DNA of 61,892 bases, counting the filler, from Stramenopiles sp. TOSAG23-2 (Eukaryota): assembly GCA_900128395.1 (NCBI GenBank). It is 14 parts of 14 records of this genome, joined end to end, with 100 filler letters (N's around TTAATTAATTAA, not from the genome) between each part and the next. Parts side by side here need not be neighbours in the genome. Positions count along the whole stretch, not along the records: positions 8,905 to 13,251 come from LT650923.1; positions 13,352 to 17,698 come from LT650924.1; positions 17,799 to 22,141 come from LT650925.1; positions 22,242 to 26,580 come from LT650926.1; 10 more parts are not named here. One strand, 5' to 3'. Positions 12,621-23,129 of the stretch are shown here, one piece after another. A program made the position numbers and the translations under genes. Position 1 is the first letter of the stretch, and each line of letters opens with the position of its first letter. Below the pieces are notes generated by a model, which was given only the letters and a program-made list of their open reading frames with translations, made no database searches and had not been told where the DNA came from.

Positions 12621-13764
12621 TTTACATGAGCACAGCAGCAACAAACCTGACTGTCTCAATTTTCACCAACATCAAAATCCAGAATTGAAGGATAAATCAT
12701 CTAAGGGATTTATCATGTCCAGATATATTTATTTTAGTATGTATTACTATGGAAAAATTTCTTTACACAAAGTAAAACAATAAACATAAATGTAGAAATA
12801 AAAACATTTCATAAACATTTCCTTTCGCAACTCACTAAAACTTCTCCAACCTCTTCCAACACAAAACAAAATAAATTTCTTGTGTTGTAAAAACTGGATT
12901 TTTATTGCATTTTTGGTATCAAATAGAAATTCCAGATTGAGAACTCTGAGAAATATTTTTTACAATGAGAAGAAAAACTTATAGACAAGATCATGTAAAA
13001 TTTATAATTACAATAAAAAAATCTTTATAAAAAAGATACGCAAATACCCATAAAATTGCGCGAAATCCTTAACAGTCATAGGATATTTAGATATTAGTAT
13101 CGAGATAGCATAGGGAAGGAAATGACATTTTGGACAGTTTATAAAACATAGAATTATAGCTTTGAACATTTTAGTAATGCTATGTTTATGTTGTCACCAT
13201 CTGTACAATGCGTATTCTAATTAGAGCTGGAAATAATGCCCACAAATCAAANNNNNNNNNNNNNNNNNNNNNNNNNNNNNNNNNNNNNNNNNNNNTTAAT
13301 TAATTAANNNNNNNNNNNNNNNNNNNNNNNNNNNNNNNNNNNNNNNNNNNNAAAAGGTATTTTCAATGTTTTTCCTTTGTTTTCATGTAATGAAATGAAA
13401 AATCCATCATCATAACAATGAAATATAAGAATTTAGGTTGAAAATGTTAAAAATGATGAAATTTGATGGAAAATATGCGAGTTTTCTGATTTTCCAATGA
13501 TGTGTAGTGTAATAAGATTTTATCATCAGAATTGTGCAATTCGCCTGCTGGATGATTTTATTAAAAGTAGTCCAACCAACATCAAATATATAAAAATATG
13601 AAAAGATATGCATATCGTGTGTATGTATTACATATGCAAATTAATATACAAAAAGGACAATAATAATAATACAATCAATAAATCTTCCATCCCGTAACAG
13701 GCCCACTATATATCTATACATACACACAAAAAAAAGAGAGCCAATTATATATATACGTATTAAT

Positions 13765-14604
13765 ATGGTAGAAGACAATGCAGAATTGCATTATGGGAAA
13801 GGCGGTAGAAAAAATCATTATGATGTTCTATGGGGTGAAGCTAATATACACTTGGGATATTATCCACATTTAGAAGGCTCTCTTGTACGTTTAAATTTTT
13901 CACAAGCAGCGGATAACTTAACGGAAAGAATGGTCAAATTGGGCAAAATTAATCATCACTCAAATGTATTGGATTTAGGTTGTGGACCTGGTAAAGCAAT
14001 TCGAGATATAGCAACGTTATGTGGCGCAAGATGTACTGGCTTAGATTTAACACCTGCAAATATTGAAAGAGCAAGAAAGTTAGCATCAGAGCAAGGGCTG
14101 AATAATTTAGTGAATTACGTGCAAGGTTCATTTACAGAATTTCCAGATGAAATTAAGAAACATAAATATTCACATATATGGAGTCAAGTAGCTCTATGCC
14201 ATGCACATGATGAACTACATAAAATTTTGGAACAAGCAAAAAATGTTTTATTGGATAATGGTATAATGGTACTTTGTGATTATTTAGGAAATGATGCTCC
14301 ATATGTAAGTGCTAGTGGCGCTAATTTCCCATACCTTCATGGACATCAGGCATGGAGAAAAGTTTCCGAGGAAGTTGGATTAATTCTAATGCATTATGAA
14401 AATCTTGATCGACATATGGCACAAGCATACGCTGATCTTGCAGAAGCTGCGGATGTGCATGGATATAAAAGTAAGGATGGAAAGGAACCAATGTCAAATG
14501 GTTATCGAGAAGCAGTAAATTTAATTAATAATCGGAGAATGGGGATGAATTTAGCCGTGCTAATGAAGATTCCATCTGGCGGCAACAACGATAGCAAGCT
14601 ATAA
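13765..14604 (+). CDS. Class I SAM-dependent methyltransferase, sarcosine/dimethylglycine N-methyltransferase-like
   Basis: YDVLWGEANIHLGYY, motif I VLDLGCGPG, CTGLDLT, QGSF, IWSQ.A..H as in SDMT-type enzymes. Confidence 0.8.
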   Translation: MVEDNAELHYGKGGRKNHYDVLWGEANIHLGYYPHLEGSLVRLNFSQAADNLTERMVKLGKINHHSNVLDLGCGPGKAIRDIATLCGARCTGLDLTPANIERARKLASEQGLNNLVNYVQGSFTEFPDEIKKHKYSHIWSQVALCHAHDELHKILEQAKNVLLDNGIMVLCDYLGNDAPYVSASGANFPYLHGHQAWRKVSEEVGLILMHYENLDRHMAQAYADLAEAADVHGYKSKDGKEPMSNGYREAVNLINNRRMGMNLAVLMKIPSGGNNDSKL

Positions 14605-15060
14605 AATTTGTTTAGATTTTCGTACCATACGACATGATGTACCTCTTGTCTTTGTATATAATATTGTAGAGGTGTAAAACATGTACGTAACTTTCTGCAC
14701 AAAATAAAGTGTTTTATATTTTATATGTTCGTATAATATTTTATACGAACATATGCTTGTATATGATTATAATGAAATATTTTTATAAATATATATATAT
14801 AAAATGCTGATGTATTCTTTTGTAGAGTAAGGAATTATCACATGAGTAAAAAACTTAAAAAAATAAATTATTTGTATTTTTTTATTATATGTGCGCGTGC
14901 ATGTAATTAAAATTACAAAATATATACCGAGACGTATATATTATAATATACGAAGTCGTCCGTATTTTAATATTTAAAAATATTAACACGCGCGCGTATA
15001 TTACACTCGTATTAATATTATATACCATCATAAATTTTATATTTTTTTAAAAATATTATT

Positions 15061-15537
15061 TTACCCTTTCGATTTCTTTTTCTTCTTCTTTTTGCCATCT
15101 TTTTTATCTTTCTTTTTCTTCTTTTTCTTTTTCCCATCATCATCTTTCTTTCCTAATTTCTTCTTCTTCGTCTTCTTCTTACCTTTATTACCTTTTCCTT
15201 CATCATAATATTCTCTCCATTCATCATCAGGTTTTTCTTTATCATCACCACCTTTTTTCTTTTTACCTTTGCCCTTCTTCTTCTTTCCTCTACCTTTTTT
15301 ACCACCTTTCTGTACACCTTTAAATTTACGTCTCATACGTTTGATAGCATATCGTTCCATGGCAGCTTTTTTCTTCCGTCTTCTAACTTCTAGATATATA
15401 CCAATAACAATTGCAAAGAAACCAAGAATAGAACCAACAATAAGACCAACTGGTAATGGTGGTTCATATATCCAAGTATGTACATTACGCCCTTCCTCAA
15501 AAATTAAATCGTAATTGCCTGCAGGATCAAATGCCAT
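15061..15537 (-). CDS. Small single-pass membrane protein with Lys-rich cytoplasmic tail
   Basis: ATG at 15537 (MAFDPAG), TM helix VGLIVGSILGFFAIVIGIYL, poly-K tail. Confidence 0.6.
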   Translation of the reverse strand: MAFDPAGNYDLIFEEGRNVHTWIYEPPLPVGLIVGSILGFFAIVIGIYLEVRRRKKKAAMERYAIKRMRRKFKGVQKGGKKGRGKKKKGKGKKKKGGDDKEKPDDEWREYYDEGKGNKGKKKTKKKKLGKKDDDGKKKKKKKKDKKDGKKKKKKKSKG

Positions 15538-16407
15538 ATATATGTGTGTGTTTATATATTGCACAATTAACCGTGTGTGTATATATATATTACAATTACA
15601 TATAATACGTTGATAAAACAAAGCAAAAGACAGTAATAATATATACTATAATGATATCTATCTATCTATGCAATCAAAGAAAACCAAACCTTCACTGAAA
15701 TTCCAAATGTGGTTCAATGTGTTCTTTTTTTAAAAATATGGACTGCGGTACCTGAGAGTAAAGTATACATACAAAGCTTAATTAATGGTGGGAAAAAAGT
15801 GAAAAAAGAAACAGTTTAAGTTTATATATATATTATATAAGTAATGTAATGCGTGTGTGTGTGTAAAAAAATTTGTGTAAAACGTACGTAATATTTTATG
15901 ATTTACGACGTGTATTGCATTTCATAATTTAATTTACGCATAATTTATTTTTAATAATATATTCGTACATTTTTATTTTTTAAAAGTTTTAACTCATCAA
16001 TGTTATGGATAATTCCTTATTAAATATTCCTCCAAAAGAGTAATGCTTTTTATGATAGCTGAGGCAATAATCATTTTATTAAATACATAAATACGTATAT
16101 CATATTACGTTCGTAATGAGAGTTCATATTTGAGCATATTACTTTTAGCACGGGAATAAAATTATTAATATTTATAACTTTTACGCTCGTAGATTTTAAC
16201 CATCATCATACGAGAGTATAACACAACAACACAACCCGGAACAAGAGATTGTATAATTTCTCACATTATATTATATGTATTAAAATATAATATCATACGA
16301 AAGTGTTTTTAATAAATTCTTAAACACCACTTTTGTACTGTGTTGTATTAGTACGAAGTTCGTACCCTTGTATTTAAAATGAAATAAAATGTGGTGGATT
16401 TTAATTT

Positions 16408-17241
16408 TTATGTATCGATATTTAACAACAACTGTGGCAATTTACAATGTTCCTCACCTAATTTTAAACACATGCCATAATCAGGTACTAATGGTATTGA
16501 TTTAAGTACTGCTACCCAACCACATTTTGCTATAATTAAACCAACCATTTCTTTTTTAATATTACATTCTTTCACACTATTCAATAACGAGTCTAATACA
16601 ACACCAAGTTCAAAATTGTCTTTTAATCGTGATGTATATTCAGCAACAGTTAAATATTCTAGCACAATACTACGTGATAATTGATCATTATTCATCGATA
16701 TTTCATTGAAATCATATATATATTTCTCTATTTTATCATCCACTTGTATTAATAAAAACCCATCTTCACCTAAAATTTGCTGCCTACCAATAGTGTAAGG
16801 ACACATATAAATCCTTAACTTGCTTATAATACGTTCCATGCCAGCTTTATAATCTTTATCAATTGTTAGTGCCATTTTATTTATTTTCTCGGTATGTTTA
16901 TCATCATTATTATTCTCATTATTTAATAATAAATTCTTCATGTTTCGAAGACGTTGAAACCGTTCACAATCAATTTTTTTATGTGATTTTTTCCAATCAT
17001 TTTTTTGGCATGTTTTACTACAATAACCAGTTCCACATCTAGGACAATGTAATAATTTATTTACATTTTCTTGTGGTGGATTTCCACAAAATTTGCATAC
17101 TTTCACTTTTTTCGAAAATAATAATAAAGCTTCATCTTTTTTTTTATTACCTGTAAAATCATATTTTAAATTAATAATTTTATCCCATACATATCGTATT
17201 TTCAAATCCCTTGTATCTTCTTCCATTACTAATGTCGACAT
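16408..17241 (-). CDS. MYND zinc-finger protein
   Basis: CKFC...CPRC.T.YCSKTCQKNDWKKSHKKIDC. Confidence 0.85.
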   Translation of the reverse strand: MSTLVMEEDTRDLKIRYVWDKIINLKYDFTGNKKKDEALLLFSKKVKVCKFCGNPPQENVNKLLHCPRCGTGYCSKTCQKNDWKKSHKKIDCERFQRLRNMKNLLLNNENNNDDKHTEKINKMALTIDKDYKAGMERIISKLRIYMCPYTIGRQQILGEDGFLLIQVDDKIEKYIYDFNEISMNNDQLSRSIVLEYLTVAEYTSRLKDNFELGVVLDSLLNSVKECNIKKEMVGLIIAKCGWVAVLKSIPLVPDYGMCLKLGEEHCKLPQLLLNIDT

Positions 17242-17799
17242 GATTGTTTGATATGTCGTATTATATACGAGGTTAGGGGTGGGGTGCGTGATGCAATGTA
17301 TATCGTATATATTCGTATATATCGTTCTTTTTTTATATTATCTCCTCGTAATCATTATATACCAAGGTCGGTATATATATTCCGATCCAAATATATATGA
17401 TAGTTCTTTTTTTGTGGTTGTTTTATTATCTAGCTATAATGGGGCGCGGCGTTTGTTTGGCTATAAGAAAAAGTCTGATTTAATTTTTATTATCTATGCT
17501 ATTCCAGTGTTAAATTTGTTTTAAAAAACATAAAAAGAAAAGTTCGCATTTTATATTATTATATATATAAGTATATTTAGGATAGACTTACTATTAATTT
17601 ATTTGTATTATATATATAGTATATTTAATTATTATTGATATATTTTTCCTTTCTTCATCATTCATATTCAATATATATATTTATATAGCATACAAAATNN
17701 NNNNNNNNNNNNNNNNNNNNNNNNNNNNNNNNNNNNNNNNNNTTAATTAATTAANNNNNNNNNNNNNNNNNNNNNNNNNNNNNNNNNNNNNNNNNNNNA

Positions 17800-18420
17800 A
17801 ACTCAGAATGGGCTCGTGCACCACACGCAGAACCAGCAAGATTACATAACGGAAGAATTGTTTTAGATGGTGCTGCATCAGGCAGTGCATCTGGTAGTAC
17901 TGGTGCAAGTGGCGCAACTGGCTTACAAGAAATGCCACGCCGCCCATCCGGAATCGTCGCACCATGCGCAGATTGCGGTGCTAAAGATAACAAACCAGAA
18001 GAAACGCACCCTGTAGTTCACTCAGCAAATGTAGTATTCCACCCATCTATCAAAGAAGGTGGTGCAACTGGCTCATACAATGCAACTGGTGATTATAAAG
18101 GACAAGGTACCCCACATCAAGGTGAATGGACCAAAGAGCATGAAGCAGGACCAAAATGTTGCCGTGTATGTGCACCAGCAACTGAGTGCAAAAACAAAAA
18201 TAAATGTTTCAACATCTGCAAAAAAGTTTGTGGACCAACATGCGTTATCCCAGCTCCACCAAGATGTGTAAAACCACCATGCAAAAAAGAAGAGAAAAAA
18301 GAGGAAGCAAAACCATGGGTTTCTCCAGAAATCACTGATGAAATGAAAACTAAAGTACATGCTGCAGATCCAAAAGACAAAGTAAAGACTATTATGGGTC
18401 TTCTTAGAGGTCAAAAATAA
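17800..18420 (+). CDS. Gly/Ala/Thr- and Cys/Pro-rich protein, C-terminal part (5' truncated)
   Basis: Frame of ORF 17932 is open back to the contig edge (NSEWARAPHAE...GASGATG); strong codon bias; C-terminal Cys cluster. Confidence 0.7.
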   Translation, partial: NSEWARAPHAEPARLHNGRIVLDGAASGSASGSTGASGATGLQEMPRRPSGIVAPCADCGAKDNKPEETHPVVHSANVVFHPSIKEGGATGSYNATGDYKGQGTPHQGEWTKEHEAGPKCCRVCAPATECKNKNKCFNICKKVCGPTCVIPAPPRCVKPPCKKEEKKEEAKPWVSPEITDEMKTKVHAADPKDKVKTIMGLLRGQK

Positions 18421-19003
18421 ATGCCCTTTATGTATTTAACCATTCCAAAAATAGTTTTTTAGTTAGTTAGTTTAATAGTAAAATGGAGGAAAAGGTTTTG
18501 TTTTCATATGACGACGTATTATTTATACAATGTACATGATGATGTACGTATGATACGGAAAATATGAAGAAGGAAAACAAGATATAAGAAGGCATGTGGG
18601 AAAGAAGAATATAAAAGGAGGGGTATTTTTTGTAAATATGAGTATTTTATATTTTTTTTCATTTTATAAAATGTCATAGTAGTGCATCAGTAGCCGCCCA
18701 GTAAACCAGTAACAGTATACACTTATCACATATAATAATACTGTATATGATATTTCCTTGTATATATTTAGTATACCAATATTCGTACTAATAATAATAT
18801 CTATTTTATTATTCTTATTAAAATTTAAAATTATCCGATACATGCACATCTCAAAGCAAAAGCTACCTGTAAAGCCTGGCACAAGCCAAATTCACTTTTT
18901 TTTTAATTACTTCTGGACTTCTCTCTAAATCTCTAGAAATAAACTTTTCATCTCCCAACTCTCCTCTCTCCCCACACTCCTACACTCTACCTTTCCATCT
19001 GTT

Positions 19004-20806
19004 TTATTCCACAACTTCATCATTGTTTGATAAAGATGGTACATATATTAAATGTCGACGGGAACGATTTCTACGACCATTTCTACGTGGTGAAGAGATA
19101 CAAATGTTTTCATTATTAATAGATAAACGTTTATCTAATTTGAAATTTTCCTCATTCTTCATTTTTATGTCATTATCATTTTTTTTATTCATCGTATCTA
19201 TTTTTGTTGTTGGTGATTGTGTATTCTGTTTTTTTTTATTTTGATGATTAATATTACTATTAAAATTTCTAATTTCAGAAAGTAAATTTCCATCCATAAT
19301 TGGTGGTTGTTCTTTTATTGGATTGCTATTATCAGTAACAATAATATTCTCATTATTTTTCTCTGGTGTAGAATCAACATTATTACATAGTTTTGAATGT
19401 TTGCCTTTTACAGCTGATGACGAGGAGAACCCATCAAACATTTTGTTATTGCTATTATAATGTTGAAATTTTGGCGGTGGAGAAAACATATTAACCAACT
19501 CTGGTGTCATAATACGTGAGGAATTATTCTTATTTTCTTTTTCTGTAACTTTGATATTTGTCGATGGTTTTATTGATGTTAATGCTAATTCGTCATCTTT
19601 TTTTTCTACATTATCTACTTGTATATTAGCCCTAGTAATTATATCAGATTCATCTGTTCCAGTGCTCCATCTATGGCCATCAGAAGAATCATCATCATCC
19701 TCATCACTATCGTCATCGTCATCATAAACACCACGATTTGCTAATGCACCTTTCGTTTTAAATACGGCTGTGCTTAATCTGGCACGACGTTTTTTCAATC
19801 CAGCTGCAAGATCAGCAAACATGGAGTGTTTGCCTTTCGATGGAGAGAAAAACCCACCATTTTCATTTACATGATCCACGTCATCGCTATTTTCGTTAAT
19901 CAATTTTTTTCTAGGTGGCGTTAATGATTGGGTATTAAATTGGCGTATTTGAGATAGTAAAGGATTTACTGGTATATTTTGTTTTTTTGGTGGTATTACG
20001 GTACTTTTACCTTTCTTGTTATTAATACTATTGATAGTAGTAGTCGTCGTCGTTGGGCAATTACTTGGCTTTTTCAGTAAAATTTCTTCTTCATTTTCTT
20101 CATTATCGATCATATCTTTATTGAAATTTGTGCTATAGCCCTCTACTACTTCGGTTTTCGTGGTTTTATTTTCTATAAAATTCGTTGTTGTTGTTTTTAC
20201 TTTTTCTTCTACATTTTTAACAACTACTTGTTGTGAAACATATTTATTTTCAATGAGTGCATTATTATTATTATTATTGTTTTGTACGATTTTCTCTGTA
20301 TTGTTATGATTTTTCAATTGTATATTAACAGAAATTGTGATTAAATTAGGTAAATTAATTTCTAAGAATGCTTTAAATGCAAATAATTGCTTTAAAATAC
20401 TATAGCATCCATTAAAATCTAAATGAATATTTGGTGAAATACCATTTTGCCAACGTTTTACAACTGAAATTCTAAACATATAGTATAAACTATACATCAT
20501 GCCAAGCTTCATAAATTGTTTCATTGACAATAACATTTTCGTATATACGTTTGATACGGGATTTGAACGCAATAGATATGAATATGTAATCCATTGATAT
20601 GCTATGAATGATACTTCAAATTGCGTTTGATGTCGGCTGAATATACCAAATAGTTTCAGATAATAATGACTTAATTGTTTGTACAATATATTCACATGAT
20701 ATGAAAAGTTTTGTGTTATGATTTCCACATCATTTTGCTTCTTATTACTACAATTAGTCTCATCAACAATTTTGGAATTCTTGGTATTATGGCTCTTTTC
20801 TTCCAT
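19004..20806 (-). CDS. Low-complexity protein with WH2-like actin-binding motifs
   Basis: PLLSQIRQFNTQSLTP, NLLSEIRNFN and MFADLAAGLKKRR resemble WH2 helices; many S/T-P sites. Confidence 0.55.
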   Translation of the reverse strand: MEEKSHNTKNSKIVDETNCSNKKQNDVEIITQNFSYHVNILYKQLSHYYLKLFGIFSRHQTQFEVSFIAYQWITYSYLLRSNPVSNVYTKMLLSMKQFMKLGMMYSLYYMFRISVVKRWQNGISPNIHLDFNGCYSILKQLFAFKAFLEINLPNLITISVNIQLKNHNNTEKIVQNNNNNNNALIENKYVSQQVVVKNVEEKVKTTTTNFIENKTTKTEVVEGYSTNFNKDMIDNEENEEEILLKKPSNCPTTTTTTINSINNKKGKSTVIPPKKQNIPVNPLLSQIRQFNTQSLTPPRKKLINENSDDVDHVNENGGFFSPSKGKHSMFADLAAGLKKRRARLSTAVFKTKGALANRGVYDDDDDSDEDDDDSSDGHRWSTGTDESDIITRANIQVDNVEKKDDELALTSIKPSTNIKVTEKENKNNSSRIMTPELVNMFSPPPKFQHYNSNNKMFDGFSSSSAVKGKHSKLCNNVDSTPEKNNENIIVTDNSNPIKEQPPIMDGNLLSEIRNFNSNINHQNKKKQNTQSPTTKIDTMNKKNDNDIKMKNEENFKLDKRLSINNENICISSPRRNGRRNRSRRHLIYVPSLSNNDEVVE

Positions 20807-21299
20807 TACGTCTACTTTCTTTTTTTAGTATATTAAGTACTTCTTATGGAATATAATTGACTTATTTATCTAATATCTATTTATTTGATTTATCTTACTA
20901 TATATATGTATGTATGTATGTTTGTTGTTTGGAGAATTTTTCTGTGTGTTCTATATGTTTTCTTTGTTATGTTTTCTTTGTTTAACGAGAAACCAAACAC
21001 CATCACACAATGGTGGTGTGTGTATGATGGCTTGTGGGATCGATTAATTTGAGGGAACATAGCAAGAATGAACGTTGGGTATAGCTAACATACACACACC
21101 ATTATTATTAAAAAAAACAACACAAAAAAAATAATAAAATAATCTACTAGCACACACTACCAGGTACTACTATATTACAAGAATAAATCATATGTGGTAT
21201 TTAGTTATATATATAAATAAAAAATTAAAATAGAAACACAAAAATAGAATTAAAAATAGACAAACATAGATACACATAAGCATACATATTACCACAATC

Positions 21300-21710
21300 A
21301 TGGGGGAACATGTTGGAAGAACACAGCTTTCAACTGTGAAAAAACACTTTCATGATGATAAAGAAAATATTGATCCTTATCATGGTGTAAATCAACAAAG
21401 ATTTACAAATACAAATCATTCCGGTAACAATGGAAATAATAGTAATAAAACACGTACAAAAGAACGTAAACCATTACAAGAAATTTATATTGGCACAATT
21501 CCATATGCAAGTATTACCACTGATACTGTACAAAATAATAACAATATCAATATTTTGATAGATGATTGCATGAAAGTAAAAAATCAATTTGTAAAGCAGA
21601 AATCGTCTTCATCGTCTAAGAAAAATAATAAAAAAAAAAAGAAGGCATCATTGAAGAGTAAAAAAACTATTCAGAACACAAAAGCAAATAATTTGAGAAG
21701 ATTTAGATAA
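21300..21710 (+). CDS. Small disordered protein with KEN box, D-box and C-terminal LRRFR; candidate APC/C regulator or substrate
   Basis: DKENIDP, RKPLQEI, terminal NNLRRFR*. Confidence 0.6.
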   Translation: MGEHVGRTQLSTVKKHFHDDKENIDPYHGVNQQRFTNTNHSGNNGNNSNKTRTKERKPLQEIYIGTIPYASITTDTVQNNNNINILIDDCMKVKNQFVKQKSSSSSKKNNKKKKKASLKSKKTIQNTKANNLRRFR

Positions 21711-22241
21711 AAAGAAAAAAACTAAAAAATATATGTACACTACGGCTTCCTCGCAATAAAAAAGTCAAAACATGGAGTTTTGTTTATATTGTTTAAAGCA
21801 TAGATGAAATTAAAAAATGAAAAGCAGTATGTAAAATACGTAGATGATGGTTCAACAAAGAGATGTTCAGCAGTAGCTGTTTCTTTGCCACTCAAGAAAG
21901 CAGAACTCGTCTTTATACGAATCGTATTATAATTTGAATGTGTGTGAAAAAATGTTACGAGTATATATAACGTAATACGAGGTATATATAAAAATATAAT
22001 TTTTACGAGAAGTAATAGTTTTTTTAATGATATATTGTTATTTATCATATTTCTCTTTTTTGAGAGATACTTTTTTTTATTCTTTACTTTTTTTTTTCTT
22101 TCTTTTTTTTTTTTTACGTTGTTTTTCTCGCAGTTCTTTATNNNNNNNNNNNNNNNNNNNNNNNNNNNNNNNNNNNNNNNNNNNNTTAATTAATTAANNN
22201 NNNNNNNNNNNNNNNNNNNNNNNNNNNNNNNNNNNNNNNNN

Positions 22242-22296
22242 GTTCTACATCTAACGTGATAGTTTTACCAGTCAATGTTTTGACGAATATTTGCAT
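22242..22296 (-). CDS. Ubiquitin (or ubiquitin-fusion) N-terminus, truncated by contig edge
   Basis: Reverse complement from ATG at 22296 reads MQIFVKTLTGKTITLDVE, the canonical ubiquitin start; not in the ORF track. Confidence 0.95.
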
Positions 22297-22731
22297 GATT
22301 GTTTTGTTTTGTTTTGTTTTCTTTTGTTTCTTGTTTTGTTCTTGTTGTTTCTTGTTTTTTTGTTCTTTTCTTTTGTTGTTTCTTTTGTTCTCTCGTTGTT
22401 TGTTTTGTTCTCTTGTTGTTTGTTTCGTTCTCTTTCTATATGTTTATGTTTATTCTCTTTATCTTTCTATGTACAAATATATGTGCATATTTAAGCGTAT
22501 GTCCTCGCTAAAATAATGTTAGCCATTTCCTTTTTCGAACTACTTGTCCGAAATTTGAATGGAAATAGCATTGCCAGAGTGGGGATTATCCAATTGGTAT
22601 CACACAAAAGGGCACAAGGAACTAAAAGAAGACCTTCACCACTTGTGAAAATGTTGATGCAATAATATTAGTACGAAATTTCAGTATATTGTATTGATCC
22701 CTATCACCTGATGATAAACTTTTAGATTTAT

Positions 22732-22858
22732 CCATACTGTGTAGTTTTATTTTAATTACAAGGCATACAGCCAGGGGTTCGAGTAGAGGTAGTTTATACG
22801 TATTTCCAGCTATATATCCCATACTGTGTAGTTTTATTTTAATTACAAGGCATACAGC
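22732..22858. repeat. Direct repeat, 2 x 40 bp, separated by 47 bp
   Basis: ccatactgtgtagttttattttaattacaaggcatacagc at 22732 and 22819. Confidence 0.85.
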
Positions 22859-23129
22859 AGGGGGAGATCGATGGGAAATTTGAAGTGCATTTTTTGGTTT
22901 TGGTTTTGGTTTTTGGTTTGCACGTGCGTTTTTTTTCGATTTTTTAAAAATAAAGAGAAAAGTGCAACAAAAGCAGTGTAAGTGTAAAACAAAGTTAAAA
23001 ATGATAAAAAATTATGTAAATATTATATAATATTTGGTTTTGTTCCAAACGAGAGTGTGACAGAGTAGAACATGTTTTTAAAAAGATATCCCCCCCCCTC
23101 CTCCCCCACACACCCATCAATTCATCAAA

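Noticed and set aside
22700-22740. CTGATGA hammerhead-core-like word (also near 50967 and 50990)
   Set aside because: No GAAA after a stem II and no flanking stems I and III.
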